A DNA stretch of 56,615 bases, filler included, from Dimargaris cristalligena (taxonomy: Eukaryota): NCBI GenBank assembly GCA_003614675.1. It is 3 parts of 3 records of this genome, joined end to end, with 100 filler letters (N's around TTAATTAATTAA, not from the genome) between each part and the next. Parts side by side here need not be neighbours in the genome. Positions count along the whole stretch, not along the records: positions 1 to 18,829 come from ML002752.1; positions 18,930 to 37,745 come from ML002753.1; 1 more part is not named here. The stretch is one strand, 5' to 3'. The position numbers were made by a program, and so were the translations under genes. Below, piece after piece: positions 11,644-21,557 of the stretch (positions are counted from its first letter, which is position 1; the number at the start of each line of letters is the position of its first letter). The notes under the pieces are model-generated. The model had not been told where the DNA came from and made no database searches. It saw only the letters and a list, made by a program, of their open reading frames with translations.

Positions 11644-13857
11644 CTATTCACAGTTGACGAGGTGTTCGATACTTAGACGTCGCCTCATGAATGGGGAGTC
11701 CCGGATCTTGCGAATTTCAGCTATGATGGTAGAGTTTACCATCCATACGTCACTGAAACTCGTCAGAATTTGCATAATTTCTTCGATGAAGCGCACAGCC
11801 GGTTGCCGTTCACCTTCCCGCACCACTGGGGATGAGTGGCCGCAGTCTAGGATATGGATTTGCTCTGTACACACAATGGCGGCCGAATACAAGGCCGAGA
11901 TAAACAGACCGGTATTGATAAACGCGGGTGGGGTGGCTAAATGCACGATGACCTCGTGAAGCCGGTCCGTGTAGAGCCAACACCGCTCGTGACACTCGCT
12001 TAACGTACGGCCCGTTGAGTCGCCAGCGGCCCGGAGGGCGCTATTCAACGCCGACCCGGGAAAGGGTTCGGAACTGTCCGGTGAATGTCCGTCAAAATGA
12101 TTAAGATAAATTGCCAACATGGCACACGTCACCCGGGCCTGGAAACATATGGTTTTTGCTTCGGCTGAAGCGGGGGGAACCGGGTGGGACTGGGGATTAA
12201 CTCTGTCCAAGTCGGACCAATGGGTAAAGTGGTTGTACCACTGGTCGAGCTCTCGATTAAGTCCGGGTAGAGCTTTAAGCCAAGCCGTAGGGTCGGAGGC
12301 TTGCCGAGCTCGAAGCCTGGCTACTTGATGCCCCAGAATAGTCACCTCGGCCCTGGCAACGATCGTCATATTCTTAATGCGCGCCTTATTGATAAGCGTT
12401 GGGTATAGCTGGCTAGTAAAAATGTCCGAATGGGGGGTGGCGAGCTCGGCATCCAATCGGGCTTCGGCGTCATGGTCAGAACAGGGCAGGTTGACAAAAC
12501 AATCGTCTAAATCGACCAGTGGCATGTGGCCAAATACTAGGGCGCTATTCATGTCCTTGTGAACGAAGGCCCACCACGCTACCCGGTAGTACTCGCGCAA
12601 AATCTCGTTTGATAAAGTGGGTGCGTCCAGTCCCGAATCCGGGTCGAGGGTGCGGTGGGCGGGCCGTGGGGGTGGATGGGGGTGGTCCATCAGATGGATC
12701 CGTGCTACTTGCTGCTTGCGCAAAACGACGGCAATTAGGGATTGGTGCAAGGAGAAGCGACCGAGGCCTAGGCTGGTCTCGGAAAGTATACCCAAGAGGG
12801 GTAGCATATCCGGATTCGAATCCTCCAAGCAAAAGGGGATCATGGAATGAAGCCGAGCGAGATATTGCAGACTCACCGCGTGGGCCGAAAGGTGTTTGAA
12901 GGCGGGGTGGTCGGAAAAAGGGGCTACGGCCAACATGGTAGCCAACTGGAAGGACTTGGGGATTAGTTGGTTATCCAGTCGAAATAATACCCGGGCGCTA
13001 TTCAAGGGGTTGCAGTTTTGGTAAATGAACGAACAGAAATTCGCGATGGAATGGCGCACTACACTAGAGTGGTACAGTAGGTCCGTGGGTACAACCAAGG
13101 AGCGGAGGCTTGTAATGCCAAGCCCACGGCCGGCGGGTTCATTAAACGAAGGGGCGGTCATCCCTTGATTACCCGTGGCCGAAAGTGGGTTAAAGCCCAC
13201 ATGGCCTTCGGGGGTTGGTGGTTGCTTCCCCATGGAGTTGAGCAGCCATTTCGAGGTTATGTGGTTCACATTATTACCCTCCGGGCCAGCTATGTCCGAG
13301 TATGACGTAGGCGTCGCAGTCAAAAGCATTGCTATTATATCATCTGTACCATCGCAGGATTCGGGACTGTTCATTAGAATACCGTCCAGGAGGGGCTGAG
13401 TGAAGAGGCCACCTATACCCAGACCGTCCAGGCCCGGAATATTTCCTGGGATATCCGGTAAAGTCGCTGATTCTGGAGTGAGATATCGGGATTCTGCTGG
13501 TTTTACTATCGTTGCGAGGGATAGGTCTTTCGGTTGGGAAATTGAAGTGGTCGTCGTGGGCGGGCTACTGGAGCCGGTAGGAGAAGTCGACGAGTAGACC
13601 AGGGCTGGACGGACCGGGACGAAATAGGCAGCATTATAGGGGTTTGAGACCAGGGTCTTGCGTAGACGAGCCGGGGTGAGCTGGTACTGGCATTCGACCT
13701 TCCATTGCTGACATGTCGTGCACTGGGGCACTAGTCGGTCGCAGCGGACCTTGCGTGTACGGCAGCTGAGGCAGTTAAAGCGGGAACGGTCGGAAGGAGG
13801 AGGAGGCCCCTCCAAAGGACCGGGGGGCAATGGTAGGCTAAGGGCAGCAGGTCCCAT
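11644..13857 (-). CDS. Zn(II)2Cys6 transcription factor, paralog 2 (737 aa from ATG 13857, intronless)
   Basis: CLSCRTRKVRCDRLVPQCTTCQQWKVEC cluster. Shares QLTPxRLRK, RLDNQL, YYRxxWWA, LNHFDGHS and RTLxECHERCWLY with paralogs 1 and 3. The ORF-track start at 13875 is TTG; the first ATG is 13857. Confidence 0.93.
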   Translation of the reverse strand: MGPAALSLPLPPGPLEGPPPPSDRSRFNCLSCRTRKVRCDRLVPQCTTCQQWKVECQYQLTPARLRKTLVSNPYNAAYFVPVRPALVYSSTSPTGSSSPPTTTTSISQPKDLSLATIVKPAESRYLTPESATLPDIPGNIPGLDGLGIGGLFTQPLLDGILMNSPESCDGTDDIIAMLLTATPTSYSDIAGPEGNNVNHITSKWLLNSMGKQPPTPEGHVGFNPLSATGNQGMTAPSFNEPAGRGLGITSLRSLVVPTDLLYHSSVVRHSIANFCSFIYQNCNPLNSARVLFRLDNQLIPKSFQLATMLAVAPFSDHPAFKHLSAHAVSLQYLARLHSMIPFCLEDSNPDMLPLLGILSETSLGLGRFSLHQSLIAVVLRKQQVARIHLMDHPHPPPRPAHRTLDPDSGLDAPTLSNEILREYYRVAWWAFVHKDMNSALVFGHMPLVDLDDCFVNLPCSDHDAEARLDAELATPHSDIFTSQLYPTLINKARIKNMTIVARAEVTILGHQVARLRARQASDPTAWLKALPGLNRELDQWYNHFTHWSDLDRVNPQSHPVPPASAEAKTICFQARVTCAMLAIYLNHFDGHSPDSSEPFPGSALNSALRAAGDSTGRTLSECHERCWLYTDRLHEVIVHLATPPAFINTGLFISALYSAAIVCTEQIHILDCGHSSPVVREGERQPAVRFIEEIMQILTSFSDVWMVNSTIIAEIRKIRDSPFMRRRLSIEHLVNCE

Positions 13858-15282
13858 GAACAAGGCACCCACCAATAAAGTGGCCGGGAGTAGTGTAAAT
13901 GAGAAGAGAAATAAGATGGTTGGAGGAAAGGGAATGGGGACAGTTGGAAAACATTAACTCCGGCGCAGGCCACCGCTCGAGGCCCACGGGTTCCACCAGG
14001 GTGGTTCAGGGTGGGAATACATCTCAAAAGGCGGGGGTTGTTTAAGGTGCGCCAGCCAAGCGGCTCTCGGCATGGTGGGCAATATTATCAATGAAGAACC
14101 CGAAAGGGGAAGCTGATAAACAATTCGCCGGAGGAGAAAAGTTGGGAAGGAGAAAAATGTACTGCCCCTCTAGTACTCTCCTCCCCTGCATATCACACCA
14201 CCCGCTGAATATAGTGAAAAGCCAGCATTAATCTGACCCTAAGCTGGGTGGCATAACGGGGCGGGCCTATGACCAAGTTACCAACGGTTCTGTAACGAAG
14301 GGCTGTGCGATTACCTTGATACGACCAACTATTAGGGGGATCCGATTTGCAGTGTAGTTTAGATAACCAAAATTCAATCAGATGGAGTGAGCAAGTCAAG
14401 GCCCCCCATAATCGGCAATACATGGGGGGGATGGGCGATTTCTCCTGGAAGAGCAGCATAACAGAAGACCACTTCGCTCTACTAATCAGGGGCATCTATT
14501 GTTACGAATGGTCTATGTCATGGCTCCTTTGGAGTGAAAGGGGTGCTGTCTCATCCTAGTTACCGGGCCGCAGTATTGTGTATTGAACAATGTGGGAATG
14601 GCCGACTTGGTGACATCAAGCTAACAGGCCATATACTATTCACAAGTGGCGGGTATTTGGGGTAGGGCATTCAATAAAGAGCTGGAATGGGTTCTCCGCC
14701 CCCCGGCATTGACGGAATGGTTGTCTTTACGGCTATTAAAAGTATTCGGTGGCGGATAATATAACCGACCAGCTCGAGAACACATCAGATATATGTCCCT
14801 TATCAAGCAGCACTATCACTTGCCCAATAAGACAGTAGTGTAGTGGGCCAATAATCAAATAGCCCTCCCATTGGTGATGTCGGTGGTGTGGAATGGGAAG
14901 AGGAAGTAGTAGTACACTACTGCCTCATCACTATTGTCCCCCCCATGCTTACCCACCCACACCACCCCACAGGGCAGGGTAGCTTCTTACCCTAAAATGA
15001 TTATCCTAGCCGTTTTTGTCTCGTTTGTCCCTTGGCTCTGCGCATGTTGTTTCCTCTACTCCAAGGCTTTTCTTTTTCGATAAACTGCAGCATTCTCCCT
15101 ACTTAGCCCTTTTATACCTGTCCGAAATGCCTGACCCTCGGCCAGCTGCCACTTTTGCCCTGAACCACTGTGTCCATTTCCACTGATAAGACTCTCGCCC
15201 ATTCCTTTTATTCTTCCGTTTCGTTTATATTCTTCTAAATTGTACATTGGCCCGGTTTGCCTAACACAGAGCCAGCTATCCC

Positions 15283-17613
15283 ATGAGGCCTGCCACTTCA
15301 AGCCACACGCCACTAACCCTTATTCCTGCCGCCCCCAAGCCCAACCCAGCCGCGGAGCGCTCCCGCTACTCGTGTCTCGGCTGTCGCAAACGTAAGGTCC
15401 GTTGCGACCGGCTACTGCCTCGCTGTCATACCTGCCAGCTATGGAATTCCGACTGTCGATACCAGCTTACGCCCGCTCGTCTCCGCAAGGCCCTGGCCCG
15501 GTTGCCCGGAAACAATAGCCCTAGTAGTGCTTCCGACGACTCCACGCCCGAAGCGTCGTCCCTTTCACCTACGTCGGTTCCACTTTCCCAACCAGTCCCC
15601 TGTGACGATGCGGTGGATACCCACTGGGAAACCCCCGCGCCTACCGATGAGGACGTATCCCCCTTGGACCCGAGTCAGGCTGTCGACCTACCACCGGCTG
15701 CATATATTGACTCGGCGAGGGACCAGCTCGGTTCAGACGGTCCCGTATATATACCCGTGGACTCGCTGTTGGATTTCTCTGCCAACGCTCTGGATTTCCT
15801 AGACTTCGATTTCGACTACAGTGTATCGCCGGGCGCTGTTCTGGACTCGTCATCCTCGACAGCAATATCCCCCTCCTCCACATTAGTCCCACCCGAATGG
15901 AATCTGCTGCCGAACTGGCTAGTGGCGGGTATGAAACAGCTCAACGTGAATAGTCCAGCGGAGGACACGCTCACCCAGCGGACCGCCCGGTCGATATTCA
16001 AGCTAATAGGCAATTCAACGACTTCCTCGTCCCCAAGTGATTCCTATTTTAGTCGCCCTTCGTCCATGGTTAACCTAGCCGCAAAAGACCATAGGCCAGA
16101 GAAAAATGACATCCCCTGGTACGCTCGATTGTCGGATTTCAGTGGGGACTCTTCCAGCTTCCGTTCACTATTTTCCCCCGTCGACCTACTGTTCCATTCC
16201 AGCGTGGTGCGCCACTCGATGGATGATTTTTACTCGCTAATGTACCGGGACTCCAACCCCCTGCACCGGCATCGGATCCTTTATCGGCTGGATAACCAAT
16301 TAGTCCCCGAAGCCTACCAGCTGGCCGCTATGATGACGGTGGCCCCCTTCTCCAACCATCCCGCCTTTGAACATTTATTGCCCCATATGATCAACGGCGA
16401 GTACCATTCACGGCTTATTGCTATGTTGCCGCATTGCCTGGCCGATCCTAACCCAGACATGCATTCGGTTTTGGGCATGCTGGCCGAGGCGACTCTAAGT
16501 CTGGGCCTTCTGTCCCTCCACCAAAGCATACTCGCCGCTTCCATCCGCAAGCAACATGGTATCCGCTCCTATCTGATTGATCACCCGAACCCACCCCCGC
16601 GACCGATTTGTCTTAACACGGGCCCCGATATTACAGTGGATGTACCTACCTTACGCAATGAATATTTACGGGTCTACTACCGGACTTCATGGTGGGCCCA
16701 CTTTGCTAAGGACATGGTGGCCGCACTAATCTTTGGCCAGAAACCGTTGATCGATATGGATACTTGCTATGTCAATCTGCCCTACTATGACCGGGATATC
16801 GAAACCCATCTAGAAGCCGAATTGGCGAACCCCGAGTCCGATGTATTCTCCGGTAAGGACTACCCGACGATGGTCAAGGACTCCCAAATCAAAAACACGG
16901 GGGTCATTGTCAATGCCGAAATATCTATTATCGGCCACCGAATCGCCCAACTCCGCGCGCGCCAGGCGAGGGATCCTGCGGCCTGGCTTCAAGCCCTGCC
17001 CCGGCTTAATAAGGAACTCGAGCAGTGGTATAATCGCTTCACTGAACTGAGTGAAAAAGACTGGCGTGATTCTCCCTATACATCCGCACTACCCTCCCAG
17101 AGTGAGGCCGAATCCTTCTGTAACCGGGTCCGAGTCATGTGTTCCATGCTGGCTATCTATCTCAATCATTTCGACGGCCACTCCCCGGACAACGCAACCG
17201 ATTCCTATCCCGGTGCGGCCCTGAACCAGGCCCTCTCAGCTGCCGGCGACTCCATGGGTCGCACCCTCGCGGAATGCCACGAACGGTGTTGGCTCTACAT
17301 TGTCCGGCTTCGGGAATTGATGATCCAGTCCTTTACGCCACCCGCTTTCATCAACAACTCCATGTTCACCTCCGCCCTGTATCCCGCCGCCATCGTGTGT
17401 AGCGAGCGGATCCACGGTATGGGGTCCGCCTACCCCGGGCCGGTGGACCCAGCCGACCAGAAATTGGCTACCCTGTTCATTGATGAAATTATCCAGGTAT
17501 TGTCGGGTATCGGTCGACTCTGGAATGTCAACCTTACTTTGGTTGAAGAGATCCAGAATATTCGGGATGCCCCCTTTTCCAGACGCAATTTAGGTTTAGC
17601 GCATCTTTTGTAG
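15283..17613 (+). CDS. Zn(II)2Cys6 transcription factor, paralog 3 (776 aa, intronless), divergent from paralog 2
   Basis: CLGCRKRKVRCDRLLPRCHTCQLWNSDC cluster, with the same conserved C-terminal blocks as paralogs 1 and 2. Confidence 0.93.
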   Translation: MRPATSSHTPLTLIPAAPKPNPAAERSRYSCLGCRKRKVRCDRLLPRCHTCQLWNSDCRYQLTPARLRKALARLPGNNSPSSASDDSTPEASSLSPTSVPLSQPVPCDDAVDTHWETPAPTDEDVSPLDPSQAVDLPPAAYIDSARDQLGSDGPVYIPVDSLLDFSANALDFLDFDFDYSVSPGAVLDSSSSTAISPSSTLVPPEWNLLPNWLVAGMKQLNVNSPAEDTLTQRTARSIFKLIGNSTTSSSPSDSYFSRPSSMVNLAAKDHRPEKNDIPWYARLSDFSGDSSSFRSLFSPVDLLFHSSVVRHSMDDFYSLMYRDSNPLHRHRILYRLDNQLVPEAYQLAAMMTVAPFSNHPAFEHLLPHMINGEYHSRLIAMLPHCLADPNPDMHSVLGMLAEATLSLGLLSLHQSILAASIRKQHGIRSYLIDHPNPPPRPICLNTGPDITVDVPTLRNEYLRVYYRTSWWAHFAKDMVAALIFGQKPLIDMDTCYVNLPYYDRDIETHLEAELANPESDVFSGKDYPTMVKDSQIKNTGVIVNAEISIIGHRIAQLRARQARDPAAWLQALPRLNKELEQWYNRFTELSEKDWRDSPYTSALPSQSEAESFCNRVRVMCSMLAIYLNHFDGHSPDNATDSYPGAALNQALSAAGDSMGRTLAECHERCWLYIVRLRELMIQSFTPPAFINNSMFTSALYPAAIVCSERIHGMGSAYPGPVDPADQKLATLFIDEIIQVLSGIGRLWNVNLTLVEEIQNIRDAPFSRRNLGLAHLL

Positions 17614-18663
17614 AGTATATAGAGGCGGTGGTCCCTAGTGTATTAGGTGTAGTATCTTCACAAGTCAGCGAGAGCCCGTCTACTTCGATTCATACTATTC
17701 GAACCAATCTTTATCGTTGCTTAGATTGTATGTATTTAAATAAATTGCTTCAAGTAGATAATCCCTCAGTAGATTGTTCATCTATTTAATTCAAGAATGT
17801 GGTAATCGGGTGCTTCGTTCAATGACCAGCTTACACTAACTATTAGCTATTCCATATACATAGATTTTTTTTCCGCTAGAAAAGCCTGGTAATTGGAATA
17901 CCGAATTAAAAAGACTCGGCGCAGTATTCATAGGAAGTCACCTACTCCTGTAAACTCTGGTCTGGTATTAGAGGGGTTAGCCACCGCGATAACTTGATTG
18001 ACACAGTATCCATGTGCTGAGATAGGTTGATACCTCTCATCCGTTATAATGTTTTTGTACTGACACCATTAATCATTACGCCCATCCATTGCCTTTAGTT
18101 TGATGTTTAATCATATTTATATATTGGCAATAACCACACAGTGTTTATTGAATTTTTCAAAAAGAATAGAAATGGAGATACATTGGTTGAGGCATACGGT
18201 GGCGAATAAATAGAGATACTACAATGGCATTCGACCGGAAATGATCAACAAAATTGATTATTGTACCTCAAGCCGACACCCAGTGCCGGGAGGACTAGTT
18301 AAGCCACAAATCAATCCACCCCAATACATAAAGTCGTAATTGTATAATACAAGTAAAAAATATGACTATAGAATACATGCTAATTAGATAGCCAGCTAAA
18401 GGTTGATAGTTCCGCCAGGGAAAAATAACCTAGATAGGTAGCAAAGTGTCCATAAAAAAGTGAAAAAAATAATAATCGGATGCCCATTGAATCGTCGAAC
18501 GGGCGAAAATGCCATCCAACAATCGACCGATACATTTTGAAGAAGTGTATCGAAAGCCTAGGGATCTGTCCTTTCAACTTTTTTTACACAAGTCCTTGCC
18601 CTTGTTTTGGTGTCTCTTAATAATCTGAGCTAAGTAGTCATCACCAGCGAACTGAGCTTCAGC

Positions 18664-18828
18664 TTAGGCAGCCACTGGTTGGACAACAGCGGGCTGGACT
18701 TCAGGTTGAGTTGCCAGAGTGGGGGAAGGGACGGGGGCGGGCAGAGCCGCTTGAACGGGGGCCGGAGTGAGAGGGGCCGCCGCTACGGCTCCGAACGTCT
18801 TGTGCTCGCCCTTGACAGCATCCGCATC
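18664..18828 (-). CDS. 3' fragment of a gene truncated by the contig end (Ala/Pro/Val-rich C-terminus)
   Basis: Open frame from the contig edge, DADAVKGEHKTFGAVAAAPLTPAPVQAALPAPVPSPTLATQPEVQPAVVQPVAA*, GC-rich and followed by AT-rich 3' sequence. Confidence 0.55.
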   Translation of the reverse strand, partial: DADAVKGEHKTFGAVAAAPLTPAPVQAALPAPVPSPTLATQPEVQPAVVQPVAA

Positions 18829-18829
18829 G

Positions 18830-18929
18830 NNNNNNNNNNNNNNNNNNNNNNNNNNNNNNNNNNNNNNNNNNNNTTAATTAATTAANNNNNNNNNNNNNNN
18901 NNNNNNNNNNNNNNNNNNNNNNNNNNNNN
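18830..18929. other. Artificial contig linker N44-TTAATTAATTAA-N44
   Basis: Exactly 100 bp with a central six-frame stop sequence; identical to the linker at 37746-37845. Confidence 0.98.
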
Positions 18930-18989
18930 TTATTACTGTTTAAACTTTCCTTTTCACTATTCTCCTGCCATACCACAACAATTATAGCT

Positions 18990-19063
18990 GTCAGGATGGT
19001 GTAGTTGGTTATCACATGCGCCTCACACGCGCAAGGTCTCCGGTTCGATCCCGGATCTTGACA
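18990..19063 (+). tRNA. tRNA-Val(CAC)
   Basis: Acceptor stem GTCAGGA/TCTTGAC, D-arm TGGTGTAGTTGGTTATCAC, anticodon arm TGCGC-CT[CAC]AC-GCGCA, T-arm TCCGG-TTCGATC-CCGGA, followed by T-runs (Pol III terminator). Confidence 0.96.
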
Positions 19064-20894
19064 TTCTTTTGAATTTTTTTCTGACCAAAAATCCTGACTA
19101 TTTACTGCATATTAGTACTTACATACTGAATCTGTTTCTATAGCTGGTTCGTATTGTAATGCGTATATGGACTGTATAACTTACCCGACTGCTGTTTTAG
19201 AAGACATAGCAAAGCCACATAATACAACCACAGTATATTTATTTAAATTCTATGCAGATGTGCCATTTCCAACTAATAGCTTGGGAGGTTAGCTGGTTAA
19301 TTATTTTAGGGGTTGGGTTGGGGCGGTACCAAGCCAGATGTATACGCATGAGCTGTATTCCCATGCCACCCAGCCTTTCCGGTTTTTGCTATATTTTTTG
19401 GCTATTTGAGTGCTTGTATAGTCTTCATAATTCTGTACGGTGTGTGTATAAGGCTAGTATGTGAATGATAAAGGCGAAAAATTCGCCAGTTACTGATGGC
19501 AGCTGGGACAGAGTTCCACGGCCCAGTTGATAGAATGATGACCAATTATATATCACGTGTGAGGTATATCTATAGGCGTGCCAAGCAGCCCAACATGCCA
19601 TCCAGCCCAATGAGGGAGCATTTGCGAAAAATGGAAAGTAAGGAGGAACAGTGAATTGCAAATATAACCATTGGGAGTGTGGAAGGTAAAGAAGGACACC
19701 AACCAATATTCCTAGAAGCAAATGTGGATGATTGGATCATTCCCGGTGGATTCGTTCGTAGTGGGGCGGAGCTTCCCTTCTCCCCTTATTTCTGTATTTA
19801 AGTTCTTGGCTTATTCTCTAATGCTATGCCGTTCACTATGGTCGTGATCGTCGGAATGATCATAAAAAAATCCACCTATCCCAGTTGAGCATTAGTTGAC
19901 AGAACGCAACAAAGGGTGTGCTCGCTTAGGCGAGAGGATCGACCAAGCCCCCCCCCCCGCAAATGTCACTAGTAGTAGTTCATTGACCATTGGAGTCAGG
20001 CCACCTTCTTTCCCTCGCTAACCTCGGCTAGCAGCAAAGGCGCCGTCGCCTGATTGAAGATAATTTCACTGGTTGGGGATAACTAGCCGAGGCCGTTTAA
20101 ATTAATAATCCTTGGGGAAGTTATAGGTTCATTCGACGATGGCCAAGCCCATTCGCATAGCTGATTGAGTAGTGTAGGCCATACGTAGATACTTGATCTA
20201 ATCCTTGAATGACACTATCTTTAATAAGGTGATTGTACGGGAATGGTGCTATTGCCGTGAAGATGGGATGGGGAAATAAAGCGAACAGCGCCAGGCAGTC
20301 AAAAGCGGAGGTAGCCTGCTACGTCAAAAGTATATAGGCTAGGGGGCAGTGTAGGAAGAGGGGTGATATTATTAGATGTTGACATAAAAGGGGTGGTATA
20401 TGTAGCCAAAAAAATAATTACTAGTCGGGCTGGTAATTACAACGCTGGTAAAAAAGAAAGGGAGGTCCGTAAGTATAGAGAGGGGGCCTAGGATTCAAGT
20501 GCGAAGTGGATGGTGAATAGGTATTATCAAGTATATAGGAGTGTGGGAGCAAAGCTGCTAACGGAGGGGCGAAATCAGCTGGAAGTGGAGGCAGGAGTGT
20601 GTTTGTGTGTGGAAAAGAGAGCGGGGAGGGAAATATGTGAGTGTATTAAGCATGAAGTGATTAGGGTACGAAGCGTAGAACTGAAATGGGGTCAACGGAA
20701 CTGAGCGCTTCAAGGGTGTGAAGTGAACAAGACCGAAGTCCTGCGGACGCTCTACGGTGTAAGTACCACTGGTGGTCTATAAATAAATATATATGTGTGG
20801 AAGTACATATATGAATATATATAGGGTATGCAAGTAGGTAGTAAGGGGGAGAGACAGGGATATTTGTCAGGGGAAGAAGGGGGTGGGGGTGGAC

Positions 20895-21557
20895 TTAAGC
20901 CAGCACCGAAATAAGGCCAGAGAGGGCGGCGACCAGACCCAAGGAATAGGTCAGAGAGGCAGCAGCGTTAGTGGGGTCCCCGGACAAGTATGGGCGAGGC
21001 TGCTGACCGATGGAGGTCGAAGTGGGAGCAGAAGCGGACTGGTTATTGGCGGGCGTATTGACAGTAGCCGTGACAGTGGAGGTCGCAGTTGACTTGGGGG
21101 TCGTGGTGGTGGTCGTACTGCTTGAACTACTCTTAGTAGAGGTAGAGGTCGTCGTGTCTTTATCATCATCGTCGTCGTCGCTGGTTGAGGTTGGCTTGGC
21201 TGTGGTGGAGTCCTTCGTCGGGGTAGGAGTAGAAGTCGACGACTTGGTTGGGGAGGGTGTGGCTTTAGCAGAAGAAGTGGTAGTGTGCTTGTTATCATCC
21301 TTGTCCTTGTCGTCGTCATCATCATTATCTTTGTCGTCGTCATCATTGTTGACAGCGCGGTTCATCAACCCTTGAACGCTGTCGGATATACTTCTTCTTG
21401 AGAGGTTCTCCAGGACGGCACGGACATCGTCGCGCTTAACGAGGTGGCGACGAAGCGGTGTTGTGCGAAGGTCTCGGCCAGTATCATAAGGGCCAGCCGA
21501 CGCCGGAGCAGCGGTGTAAAACAGGGAGGTGACAGCAACTAAAATGCAGAGCTTCAT
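20895..21557 (-). CDS. GPI-anchored Ser/Thr- and Asp-rich cell-surface protein (220 aa)
   Basis: Signal peptide MKLCILVAVTSLFYTAAPASA, dibasic KR site, Asp-rich tracts, Ser/Thr stalk, and C-terminal NAAA + hydrophobic tail (SLTYSLGLVAALSGLISVLA*). Confidence 0.85.
   Translation of the reverse strand: MKLCILVAVTSLFYTAAPASAGPYDTGRDLRTTPLRRHLVKRDDVRAVLENLSRRSISDSVQGLMNRAVNNDDDDKDNDDDDDKDKDDNKHTTTSSAKATPSPTKSSTSTPTPTKDSTTAKPTSTSDDDDDDKDTTTSTSTKSSSSSTTTTTTPKSTATSTVTATVNTPANNQSASAPTSTSIGQQPRPYLSGDPTNAAASLTYSLGLVAALSGLISVLA

Noticed and set aside
14833..14922. 10-bp inverted repeat CAGTAGTGTA/TACACTACTG in the divergent TF promoter
   Set aside because: Too short and low in complexity to distinguish from chance.
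18830..18929. Palindromic TTAATTAATTAA within N runs (also 37746-37845) as a biological motif, and ORF 18679..18885 running into it
   Set aside because: It is a standard artificial six-frame-stop contig linker; neighbourhoods across it are not real.
21160..21345. DDDDK motifs as FLAG/enterokinase vector contamination
   Set aside because: No DYK prefix, variable codons, and embedded in a natural low-complexity region.
21010..21375. Val/Leu/Ser-rich plus-strand ORF resembling a membrane protein (and many similar antisense ORFs over real genes)
   Set aside because: Antisense shadow of the Thr/Asp-rich GPI protein codons.
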